Below, piece after piece: positions 30,101 to 37,110 of a stretch of DNA of 64,000 nt. This DNA comes from Geopsychrobacteraceae bacterium. Its GTDB lineage: Bacteria; Desulfobacterota; Desulfuromonadia; Desulfuromonadales; Geopsychrobacteraceae. The position numbers were made by a program, and so were the translations under genes. The notes beneath the pieces are model-generated. The model saw only the letters and a list, made by a program, of their open reading frames with translations, made no database searches and had not been told where the DNA came from. Each line of letters starts with the position of its first letter. Position 1 is the first letter of the stretch. The DNA lies in the NCBI GenBank assembly GCA_963662315.1, contig OY759353.1, positions 704,001 through 768,000 of the forward strand, given 5' to 3'.

Positions 30101-31368
30101 CTAACGGCTATCTGGCTGGAGAATCCTTGGTCATCCCTGCTCATACCAATGCGTCAACCGCAGCTTTCGACGTTACCACGTGTCCGGCCAATGTCAGTCA
30201 GGACGCCATACCTGCAACCAGTGATTATTGTGAAATCAATGTCGATTCAGAAGCTCCTGATTTGTCGGTCAGTGCTGGTGCCGCGGGAACAACTTATCAT
30301 TTAAATCTTGGAGTTGGTGGTTCTCTTGATCCAGGTCATCGGCAGGTATTTAACAATCCGATTCCCCTTGATCCTGTTCTGAATGGTGCTGTCGCCATCA
30401 GTAAAGTTGCCTCTTTGAAAAATGTTTCTCGCGGCAGCCTGGTGCCTTACACCATTACCGTTACCAATATTTATGGTGTTGCCCTCGAGAGTTTGCAAGT
30501 CATTGACCAGTTTCCTGCAGGTTTCAAATATGTTTCAGGCAGTGCCCAGATCGATGGTGTGGCTACAGAACCAGAGCGCTCTGGACGGACTCTGACCTGG
30601 GCAGATCTCGATTTAATGGCTGATCAATCCATTGTCATCAGATTGTTGCTGATTGTCGGCTCCGGGGTTGGTGAAGGGGAGTATGTCAACCGTGCGCGGG
30701 TCGAGAATACGACCCTGGATACGGTTGTCTCCGGTGAGGCTACTGCTACGGTTAAAGTCATTCCTGATCCTGATTTTGATTGTTCCGATATCATCGGTAA
30801 AGTATTCGATGATCGTAACCTCAATGGCGTACAGGATTTGGGTGAAAGTGGGTTGTCTGGCGTTCGTATTGCAACTGCCCAAGGATTGGTTATTACTACC
30901 GATAGCGAAGGGCGTTATCACCTGACCTGTGCTGCTGTGCCAGACCAGGATCGGGGCAGTAACTTTATTATGAAGCTCGATGACCGTAGTTTGCCAACCG
31001 GCTATCGGGTCGTCTCAGAAAATCCCCGTGTCCAGCGCTTAACCCGTGGTAAAGCAGGTAAATTTAATTTTGCTGCTACTCTTCACCGGGTTGTCCAGCT
31101 TGATCTCTCGGACGAGGCATTCAAGGCCGGAGATACTGAATTGAGGTTGCAATGGCAAGCCCGGATAGAAGAATTGATCTCAATTTTGAAACAGGCACCT
31201 GCCGTCTTGCGTCTGGCATATTTAGGGGATGTTGATTCGGAAAGCCTAGTCAACCAGCGACTTGATAAGTTTAAAAGTCGGCTGGAGTCAGAGTGGTCGA
31301 AGCACGAAAGTTCTTACCATCTGATGATAGAAACAGAAATTTTTTGGAGACGAGGTACACCACCTTAG
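21157..31368 (+). CDS. Giant (3403 aa) exported DUF11/Ig-like repeat protein with SdrD-B-like domains; putative adhesin or filament
   Basis: Signal-like segment ending AGFALA. Repeated PGDxLxYxIxVxNxG...DxxP modules, SDDP linkers, GNIWHD and GKVFDD.N.NG.QD.GE domains. Start uncertain (TTG 21184 has a GGAGG RBS). Confidence 0.85.
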   Translation: MSQSIWEGKLSALNWCALTSGVNEVGGQVFNAAKRTVLRFGIALFFLLLSAGFALAGSCTLKSSFSFVNFNTSSDYSYCELCGYGYVTVNIRNPYSYFIDPDPVVAPVPGATMSDMVLTIDLGSSGLSYTSFPSDSVTYSYNGGLEQAGSAPALSGINNNVLTFTQSQISALAELTAREDSAATNLLTVRVAVASNNASNAEALWSSNKAINAAIAFSNDSGCSNSSASATTLELPLKEPELSVIKTGWNYDSGQRESRASNPVFATNNDDVVWRIGIINNGTADAQDVRIDDYLTGTSMINNYICATAASANLIANNDGSVSGIGLPADCYSASNTIHDFNITAPFGASQLTNFPVSATEIDIPVGDRATVYVVGKVSNGAACSGYQRNTVNDVQWGCQSDSPSGGIFYPSYLTPSAEIEATADIYTRYNDGNYGELEIRRYLTGVNTSQPVGARGTMTIQIRNYTGGSVKNIHLTDILPAEYVVDTTFAPTLSVSSPFGSYPGRLSRVVWNNPDYTNLLYNTAPDFDLTSNGDHHPLYPDQVDMLRHGDIATVRFRVVLIDSDYYDRSADLDVNPEEYAVTATDPNRINGIATVSNEVQVQFDTFCASDSRHNFNLTGNGNGNPNGYSIPARPEDLDVSIDGAVFILSNDPATHVNLPIVLTNNGGHDASDYHLYVTFGPTIEVVNPPAECSHIVLSGTPLQPNPRKVWIDPLEIHATAVVYECSSSSVISPGSSRSFIFETRKSTDSAAIALDDLTLRADVIGEVTLYDGTALTVPAPITRADGETDPANNYSLDATWARVMGFNLIKTQVGTCSENNPPSFDNDGHEEVQIGEECDFNVLGGGWFGFETPGFEYISVQNINIIDRIPDGQAYLASADPYVASTSLIQDVVLAPADITAPDERQFDWTFNVPDSQRIEAPDEWFEVDVKTRILNKTIDSRSAPNYHAQTSANVLDATFDARFKNENTGLIEAYTLNSNTIGFPHEAIRRVDLTVTDPYITLVKEVCNESLYGTGPSCSNFTTVTAEGDAYSQYIYRITVINEEQRSGVQRAPAYDVTVTAALDASDYAYVIPFTADGLDNDGDSSVDSADSNGEGVITNNIADDGTPAVLTFSYQNSPALEKIEPGAAVELYYRVDFDDDAAPLQTFINEVSASYDSLAGTSGAQTSPEGGNSELTGARVYTAATTAARVQMISAATQPKEVTAAASTPLVSTGSVQHIKIGEEVNYQLTTLLPVALFRSLTIVDQLPSGMRCSEAPAINLDAPPYASAGFQPGGTITPSCLAGEVRWEFGDQRITNRSSDRFEFQVSFIAQVLNADVNNDGNILSNGNPSTITTVSYVDETGAAVSFDVAHADITATEPLIELSASFDSVDHDAADVVRVTVTATNVGSAPAYNLRILDNLDATRFTYAGNIAGTDTPTHIDLVSFGANQPVFEFSAPGGLAVGDSYSFTYAVAINTDVEPDDSLSNTLQAVWTSLPDTSSALNSLGQIGSAGSLSGMRIGNLPHVGDSINDYESSCTFALKVSHPTVLKVDLSPSINPTIGVHKQFSLQITLPEGVIKDLRIADILNSAGLSYIYENNNSFVTGYAFQDIQTVNGQAPDSSNFHSVPADETSDTALWNIGEIVTYSEDDSSANAVNPRIEITLYARINNDLVTDAGDLLRNGITVTYLNGETDTDTSLSFETGSIGVTEPRIHLTKTVINVTSGKAADATAEAGDTLEYSLTIVNVGSSGATAYDINIVDTLPAGLFLSPTFSPSAVIDGVAVSGFVSVPAGAPVGPLFWGRDNGDSSLDLPSGSTLVLTYQTQVQWISDPSGTIKNAVTTDWTSLEGSDPFERTGAGCPSTTAPDDYCAGPVTASKVGLVPDVLFQMSVANETTGASPAIEASPGDVLRYTMTINNISATVADFYLQNVIDELNADPRFLRNSLVVNLPSGSGVDYSDPEGGPNETGIVYIDEISLLPGDTLTITFTARLASVIADGSIVYSQSGLYILGYGAVLSDDPEVSGSSDPTQITITSSPEWLFTKSSEDLTNSGSVLMPGDQIHYELRVQNIGSEDASDVTLTDSIPGNTTYVPGSTTLNGTVVADIGGTSALTSGLLIHAPVPGNTEPGIMLVEDSPNTATVSFDVIVNADASGGTVISNQAFLSGSGTGSGNFVNVGSDDPDTSTANDATEDIVSDIDFELSVVNLTTSSAGNVAEPGDQLQYILSMTNTSTVDLSNLSISVDLDSLHSGNTQYFTANSLTIVSLPSGADASGTDSAGGSKGSGLLQVALDLPAGSNASIVFNVNLKAVITDGTVVLNQAQLNVDGYQIKLSDSDDSSLIGTENPTQTLISSAPKFRVEKTDTFIDENPTFLLPGERIQYTITIKNIGTEDAENVILTDYIPSSTAYVSGSTTLNGISVADIAGESPLVSGLALSSPVSLSRGDMPADASNSLNNVATVTFQVQVDEGAMIGLIISNQASVDASGVGSGVVPTQLSDDPDTAAENDPTRSIVGDLPLLYAYKTVTLLTDNGTTGIVDPGDTLTYTITVSNSGAKDASGVVLTDSVPTYTTYVSGDFTVDGTSEVDSGYLPLIDGFVLTSAGAGSQGTISAGSSVTVTFTVLVDAAAAEGSLIRNQGVLSNSDSGDLLTDSDGDSSNGYQPTDIMVGAVQRLGITKTVTLVDAATAAPGSELEYSITVTNLGSIAATDVSVVDDLSTLIGSSLSYVNTSARLNGGLTGVSYASGVLTAGYSNSFGALAVGDSFTLSFHVSILGDVALGTTLSNTATVYWNSPVETASASVSIDVGGTPGSATLNGNIWHDSDFDELFDGTELSQQDWTVDLYLDGGLIKSVTSDEHGAYQLNGLIPTAYTAGLYEIVFSAPGSGLRTASLGTASSVFTNGRQHISYISADSGSNLQNLNMPLTPNGIIYNSIARTPVSGSTVNLINPDTETILPSDCFADSAQYNQLTTVNGYYKFDLVFGSSCPAGRNYIVQVTPPTNGYLAGESLVIPAHTNASTAAFDVTTCPANVSQDAIPATSDYCEINVDSEAPDLSVSAGAAGTTYHLNLGVGGSLDPGHRQVFNNPIPLDPVLNGAVAISKVASLKNVSRGSLVPYTITVTNIYGVALESLQVIDQFPAGFKYVSGSAQIDGVATEPERSGRTLTWADLDLMADQSIVIRLLLIVGSGVGEGEYVNRARVENTTLDTVVSGEATATVKVIPDPDFDCSDIIGKVFDDRNLNGVQDLGESGLSGVRIATAQGLVITTDSEGRYHLTCAAVPDQDRGSNFIMKLDDRSLPTGYRVVSENPRVQRLTRGKAGKFNFAATLHRVVQLDLSDEAFKAGDTELRLQWQARIEELISILKQAPAVLRLAYLGDVDSESLVNQRLDKFKSRLESEWSKHESSYHLMIETEIFWRRGTPP

Positions 31369-31460
31369 AAATTGGTGGTGTTTAATAGCCTTTTTAAGAT
31401 CTGCCACGTTTAACAATGCCATTAGGGGGGTGGGCTCCAGTATGGGGCTCTATACCATAA

Positions 31461-34400
31461 ATGAAAAGATGCGTTTACTTATGCATACTGCTAGTCAGTT
31501 TGTTCTGCACGAGTTTGACCTTGCCTGCGTATGCAGAGGATACATTGGTTGAAAGTCGTGATTATGGCTCTGCTACTGAGCGGTTTCTTTCCGTCGATGA
31601 ACCGCTTACGTCCTGGTCGGTTGATGCCTCCCGGATTGTAGAAGACCAGGGCGATGAGTTGGTGACCAGTGAATCTGTTCAGAAGGAATATCGCACCATC
31701 AAGGTGACGGATGTTGTGCCTGACATTCATTTCTCAGATGGTGATGTCAAAATTCCCGCAGATTATGTTGTACGACTGGAAAATGCTCTGGATAGAGTCA
31801 GGGAGCAGAAGAATGTTCGTCTGCATTTCATTGGGCATACTGATTCACGTCCATTAAGTGACCATCTGCAGTTATTGTACGAGGATAATACCGGCTTATC
31901 CAGGGAAAGGGCTGGAAATGTAGCTGCCTACTGTAAAGAACGCCTATCTATTACTCCAGAGGCTATCACTTTTGAAGGGGTTGCTGATACTCAGCCCATT
32001 GCTTCGAATTCGTCAGAAGATGGGCGTGCAGCCAACCGTCGGGTGGTCGTTCAGCTTTGGTATGATGTGCCGGTTGACATTGCTGTCACTGAAGAAGTTT
32101 TCATGCCGAAAAATGTATCTAGAGTAAAAATTTGCCGGACAGAGACGGTTTGTCAGTTTAAATATAACGAGGGACATATACGCCGATCGGTAGTTAAAAA
32201 CCTGGTTAGGCCACTGCATTACGATATTGAAGATCTTGATGTTACACCTCAGTTCATTAAACAGGTCAGCCAGGCACGCAATAATCTCGGTCATAAGCAG
32301 AATCTGGTAATTAAAATCATTGCCTATGGCGATAATCAATTGTTGCCCGCACGTGAACAACGTATTTATGGGGATCAGCTAACCTTTACCAAAGCCATTT
32401 CGCGACGTGTTGCACGTGTCGTTGCAGACGCTATAGGCGATGAATCGATCCGTTTCATAAGCGAGGGAAGGGGAGGCCAGTCTCCTCTTGTTAGTAACGA
32501 CACTTTGCATAGTCGTAGATTAAATCGTCGTGTAGATGTAGAATTCTGGTACGACGATCCTCTGCAGATTCTGCCAGATGAACCGCAAATCTGCCCCGGA
32601 GAACCTGACTATGAAGTTAGGACACAAATCTATCAATCCGATCGCGGACCATCTCCAACCATCTTCTTTGATCACGGTAACCCGGTTATCAGTCAGAAGC
32701 AGTTGGCTTTTATGCGCCAATTGTTGAGTGAGATTAAAGACAAGGTCAATCCTCGTTTACGTTTTGTCGGTTACAGTGCCAATCGTGTTTTGTCACGGCG
32801 TAATGCTGCCATTTATGGAGATGACATTGGTTGGTCGACAGCGCGGGCCAGCAGGGTCCGCCTGATGGTAGCAGAACAACTGCAGTTGGCAAAAGAACAG
32901 ACCGAAGTTGACGGCCAGGGATATCTTCAATCCGATGATGTCGTGTCTACCGGGTTTATTGAGGCTGATGATTCGCGCGTTGTAGTACAAGCCATCTATG
33001 ATGCTGTTATGCCTTCGAATGATCTGGATGGATTGTCGATAACGCCTTTCAAGCGGGAAGTCGCCATTAGCAACCCGTATGCTCTTAATACCATGCGAAT
33101 TACGGTTGACGGTGAACCCGTTGCTGATGTCAGTAAAAGCTCTGCTGATGTTCAACGTTGTACTGATGTTGCCTTAAGTAAGGCAAATGTCAATTTTAAG
33201 CATGATAGTTTATCGAATTCACCACGCCTTAATATCAACGCCTGGCCTCGGACAATTCGATATGCCGATCACCCAGAAACAGTCTTGGCAGAAAACCGTG
33301 TCACCTTTCAAATGTATACCAATTATCGGCCATTTATAGAACATGGGGAAGTCCGCATCTTCAAGGATACACAAGCTGAGTCCGACCAGCCTCTTGCGAT
33401 TATCCCTCTGGATGAAGACGGGCGCGGTGTGTGGAGTGCTAATTTTACGAGCTTCTCCGCGCCTGGAGAAGTCCTTAAATATCTTGTTCGTGTTTACGAT
33501 ACTGAGGGGCATTATGATGAATCGACCCCCCAGCCTTTATGGATTGTTGATCAGATTGGTGCTGACTCTATCCAGTCCGATCCAGAAACTGAACTATTGG
33601 TCGGGTATGGTGCCAGTCGTTTGGGTGTTCAAACTATCCCTATTCGTGGAGGTACGGTGTCGGTTAACGGCGAGAATATTCCTCCGGGTTATCACGTCTG
33701 GTTGGCAGGTTTTTCTGTTCCTGTTGATAATAATGGACGATTTGTAGCAGAAACCATCCTTCCCGAAGGGCTCCACACAGTCGAGGTTGCCGTATTGGAT
33801 GCTGAAGGCAACGGTGACCTTTATCTACGAGATCTTGAGCTTAAAGACTCCGATTGGTTCAGCGTCGGTATGGCTGATATTACTGCGTCTGCTAATAAAA
33901 CTAATGGGCCAGCGAAACTGCTTAATCCTGATAACCCGCGCTATAGCGAAGATTTCAGCCTGCAGGGGAGATTAGCCTTTTATTCGCATGGGAAATTTGA
34001 AAATGGCTGGAGTCTTACGGTGAGTGCTGATACCCGCGAGGGGCCTTTGGATGAAATCTTCTCCAATTTTCTGGAAAAAACCTCAGACGCTCAATTTCGC
34101 CGGATCGACCCAGATTATCACTATCCGACTCTGGGGGATGACAGTACAGTCGTCGAGATGGCTCCAACCCAAGGTAAGTTTTACACCCGTATCGAAAAGA
34201 ATGATACCTATGCGATGTGGGGCAATTTCAAACTTGTCTACAGTGATACTGATCTAGCACAGATTAACCGGCAATTGTACGGCGCAAATCTCCATCATCA
34301 AAGTCTTGGCGTAACGACTTTTGGAGAACCACGCTTATACATAGATGGCTTTGGTGCTGATCCTGGGACTGTTGCTGCTCGCGATGACTTCAGAGGGACA

Positions 34401-36533
34401 GGAGGATCGCTATTTTACCTCCAGCAACAGGATATCTTATCCGGCTCGGAAAGTTTGCACATCGAAATACGTGACAAGGATTCAGGTATCGTTCTGGCGA
34501 CCAAGTCCCTGACCGCTGATGTTGATTACGATATTGACTACCTGCAGGGGCGCATCCTGTTAACGGAAACACTACCCACGTCTGCTGCTGATAATTATAT
34601 CGTTTCGACAAATTCTTTAAGCGGTAACCCTGTTTACTTGGTGACCCGTTATGAATATACCCCAGGCTTTGATGAGCTGGACAGTATGGTGTCCGGTGGC
34701 CGCATACATTATTGGTTCAATGATCATGTCAAAATTGGTGCTACTGGAAGCTGGGGGGAGGAGGAAAGTGTGGACTCTTCTCTTGGTGCCGGAGATATCA
34801 CCTTGAGGGCGACCTCAGCCACCTGGGTGAAGCTGGAAGCTGCACAAACCAGCGGACCACCAGAAGGATCAACGATGTCTTACGACGGAGGTTACACCGC
34901 TGACCAGTTAAAGGCGCTGTCAGATGATGGTGTCAATGCCGGTGGTTACCGGTTGGAAGGCTCATTAGGTTTTACTGACCTGTTCTCTTCTATGCGCGGG
35001 CGTACAGTTTATTATTATCAACATCTGGATGCCGGATATTCTGCTCAGGGGAAATATACCGAAAATGATCTGGATCAGTACGGGGGCAGTATTAATTTAC
35101 CCTTAGGTCAGAAGTGGCATACCAATCTGAAAATTGATGTTGCCGATAATGAGTTAGGATTGGAAACCGATGCTGCTGAGTTGAATGTCGATTATGCGGT
35201 GAGTGAACGGTGGACCCTGTCATCCGGAGCTCGTTTTGATAAACGTACGGATCATTCTCTGGTGGTGCCTGAAACCCAGGAACAGGGCGAACGTACCGAC
35301 ATCGGTGTTAAACTGGCTTATGACTCGCAGGAGAACTGGTCAGCTTATGGTTTCGGGCAGGAAACCATAAGCAAATCCGGTAACCGCGATAATAATGGCC
35401 GTTTTGGCCTGGGTGGTAGCATTCGTTTGACTGAGCGTTTTAAGCTGTCTTCCGAAGTCTCAACGGGTGATCTTGGGGTTGGTGCAAGTCTGGGGACGGA
35501 GTTCCTGTATAGCGATCGAACGACTATTTACAACACTTATACTGTCGACAGTGAGCGTGATGGTGATGGTGTCCTTGAACGTAAGGGCAGTTTTACCTCC
35601 GGTTTCAATACACGCTACTCGGATAGTGTCAGTCTCTATGCTGAAGAACAATATCAACATGGTGATCGTCCGACAGGCCTTATCCACACTGCTGGTGTAA
35701 CGCTGACACCAAATGACAGGTTAAATTTTGGTGCCAGTGCTGATTATGGCATCTTGAAACATCCAGATACCGCTGCCGAGGTTGAACGTCGAGCTGTGGC
35801 TGTCAGTGGCGGATATGGATTTGAGCATCTGTCAGTATTTTCTGCTCTTGAATATCGCGTAGATAGTACTGAACAAAACGACTCCAGTTACAGCGAACGA
35901 ACCAGTTGGTTATTTAAAAACAGCTTTAAGTATCAGATAAACCCTTCCTGGCGGATTTTTGCCAAGTTCAATTATTCTACAAGTGAAAGTTCTCTCGGTA
36001 GTCGTTATGCCAGTGATTATACCGAAGCCGTGTTTGGCTATGCGTTTCGTCCGGTCAGTCATGACCGTTTGAATCTACTGTTTAAATACACCTATTTTTA
36101 TAATCTTCCTGGTCGTGACATAGCGGCAAGCGGTAGTGATACGGACTTCATTCAACGCAGTCATATCATAGCTATCGATGGCACTTATGACCTGACTGAA
36201 CGTTGGTCTGTCAGTGGTAAATACGCTTATCGGCTCGGACAGGTTTCACTTAATACCGATGATCCTGAATATTTTGATAGTTGCGCTTCGCTCTATATCG
36301 GACGACTTGATTGGCACTTTATTAAACGCTGGGATGCTATGGCTGAATTAAGAATGTTGGATCTGCCTGATGCAGGAGACACCCGTAGTGGTGCACTGAT
36401 TGCTTTTTACCGTCATTTCGGTGATCACCTCAAGGTTGGCGGAGGCTATAACTTTACCGATTTTTCAGACGATTTGACCCAGCTTGATTTTAAACATCAG
36501 GGCTTGTTTATCAATGTGATCGGAAAATTATAA
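31461..36533 (+). CDS. 1690 aa outer membrane protein: OmpA-like periplasmic domains plus a large C-terminal beta-barrel
   Basis: Signal peptide (AYA-E). GHTDS...LSRERA...NRRV plus two further degenerate OmpA-like repeats. About 900 aa of amphipathic beta-strands ending GLFINVIGKL. Confidence 0.8.
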   Translation: MKRCVYLCILLVSLFCTSLTLPAYAEDTLVESRDYGSATERFLSVDEPLTSWSVDASRIVEDQGDELVTSESVQKEYRTIKVTDVVPDIHFSDGDVKIPADYVVRLENALDRVREQKNVRLHFIGHTDSRPLSDHLQLLYEDNTGLSRERAGNVAAYCKERLSITPEAITFEGVADTQPIASNSSEDGRAANRRVVVQLWYDVPVDIAVTEEVFMPKNVSRVKICRTETVCQFKYNEGHIRRSVVKNLVRPLHYDIEDLDVTPQFIKQVSQARNNLGHKQNLVIKIIAYGDNQLLPAREQRIYGDQLTFTKAISRRVARVVADAIGDESIRFISEGRGGQSPLVSNDTLHSRRLNRRVDVEFWYDDPLQILPDEPQICPGEPDYEVRTQIYQSDRGPSPTIFFDHGNPVISQKQLAFMRQLLSEIKDKVNPRLRFVGYSANRVLSRRNAAIYGDDIGWSTARASRVRLMVAEQLQLAKEQTEVDGQGYLQSDDVVSTGFIEADDSRVVVQAIYDAVMPSNDLDGLSITPFKREVAISNPYALNTMRITVDGEPVADVSKSSADVQRCTDVALSKANVNFKHDSLSNSPRLNINAWPRTIRYADHPETVLAENRVTFQMYTNYRPFIEHGEVRIFKDTQAESDQPLAIIPLDEDGRGVWSANFTSFSAPGEVLKYLVRVYDTEGHYDESTPQPLWIVDQIGADSIQSDPETELLVGYGASRLGVQTIPIRGGTVSVNGENIPPGYHVWLAGFSVPVDNNGRFVAETILPEGLHTVEVAVLDAEGNGDLYLRDLELKDSDWFSVGMADITASANKTNGPAKLLNPDNPRYSEDFSLQGRLAFYSHGKFENGWSLTVSADTREGPLDEIFSNFLEKTSDAQFRRIDPDYHYPTLGDDSTVVEMAPTQGKFYTRIEKNDTYAMWGNFKLVYSDTDLAQINRQLYGANLHHQSLGVTTFGEPRLYIDGFGADPGTVAARDDFRGTGGSLFYLQQQDILSGSESLHIEIRDKDSGIVLATKSLTADVDYDIDYLQGRILLTETLPTSAADNYIVSTNSLSGNPVYLVTRYEYTPGFDELDSMVSGGRIHYWFNDHVKIGATGSWGEEESVDSSLGAGDITLRATSATWVKLEAAQTSGPPEGSTMSYDGGYTADQLKALSDDGVNAGGYRLEGSLGFTDLFSSMRGRTVYYYQHLDAGYSAQGKYTENDLDQYGGSINLPLGQKWHTNLKIDVADNELGLETDAAELNVDYAVSERWTLSSGARFDKRTDHSLVVPETQEQGERTDIGVKLAYDSQENWSAYGFGQETISKSGNRDNNGRFGLGGSIRLTERFKLSSEVSTGDLGVGASLGTEFLYSDRTTIYNTYTVDSERDGDGVLERKGSFTSGFNTRYSDSVSLYAEEQYQHGDRPTGLIHTAGVTLTPNDRLNFGASADYGILKHPDTAAEVERRAVAVSGGYGFEHLSVFSALEYRVDSTEQNDSSYSERTSWLFKNSFKYQINPSWRIFAKFNYSTSESSLGSRYASDYTEAVFGYAFRPVSHDRLNLLFKYTYFYNLPGRDIAASGSDTDFIQRSHIIAIDGTYDLTERWSVSGKYAYRLGQVSLNTDDPEYFDSCASLYIGRLDWHFIKRWDAMAELRMLDLPDAGDTRSGALIAFYRHFGDHLKVGGGYNFTDFSDDLTQLDFKHQGLFINVIGKL

Positions 36534-36585
36534 CCTTGATTGTAGCCTCATGGTGATCTCTTTTTTCTAGAGGATGGACAGATAA

Positions 36586-37104
36586 ATGAAATTTAGACTC
36601 ATTAAAATTTATATTTTTGCGGCTTTGGTATTGGTAGGGGTTCTTGCTTCTTATTGTCCTGCACAGCAAGAGGATCAGTTTAAAGGTCTTGATGAACAGA
36701 TTCAGGACATTAAGGTGGACGTTATAGATATCGCCGTCCAATTGAAAGACCTCGAAGAGCGTCTTCTCTTTCCATCAAGCTCACAAATTTCTGTTTTTCT
36801 TTCGATTCAGAAGGATGTTGAATTTCGTCTTGACTCCGTGAATGTGGACGTTGATGGCCTGGAGGCAGTTCGTCACCTCTATTCTTTTAAAGAGCTTGAT
36901 GCATTACGGCACGGAGGTGCCCAGCGTTTGTACACAGGCAATCTGACGACTGGGGTTCATGACTTTTCGGTATTGTATCGAGGGAAAGATATGTCTGGCG
37001 ACATGGTCGAGAAAAAAGCCAGTTTTTTACTGAAAAAAGGTGTTGGGCCAATATTTTATGAATTGGTTCTTTCCTCTGACGGAATCATTCTGGCTGACAG
37101 GTAA
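36586..37104 (+). CDS. Exported hypothetical protein (coiled coil plus beta-sandwich)
   Basis: N-terminal hydrophobic signal, LDEQIQDIK...LEERLLFP and HLYS..E..AL..GG.QRLY.GNL..G.H. Co-directional within the locus. Confidence 0.7.
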   Translation: MKFRLIKIYIFAALVLVGVLASYCPAQQEDQFKGLDEQIQDIKVDVIDIAVQLKDLEERLLFPSSSQISVFLSIQKDVEFRLDSVNVDVDGLEAVRHLYSFKELDALRHGGAQRLYTGNLTTGVHDFSVLYRGKDMSGDMVEKKASFLLKKGVGPIFYELVLSSDGIILADR

Positions 37105-37110
37105 ATAGTT

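Noticed and set aside
21157..31368. RTX/T1SS adhesin, autotransporter or two-partner TpsA
   Set aside because: No GGxGxD repeats, no C-terminal autotransporter barrel and no TPS domain recognised. It has a Sec-type signal, and no ABC/TolC genes are adjacent.
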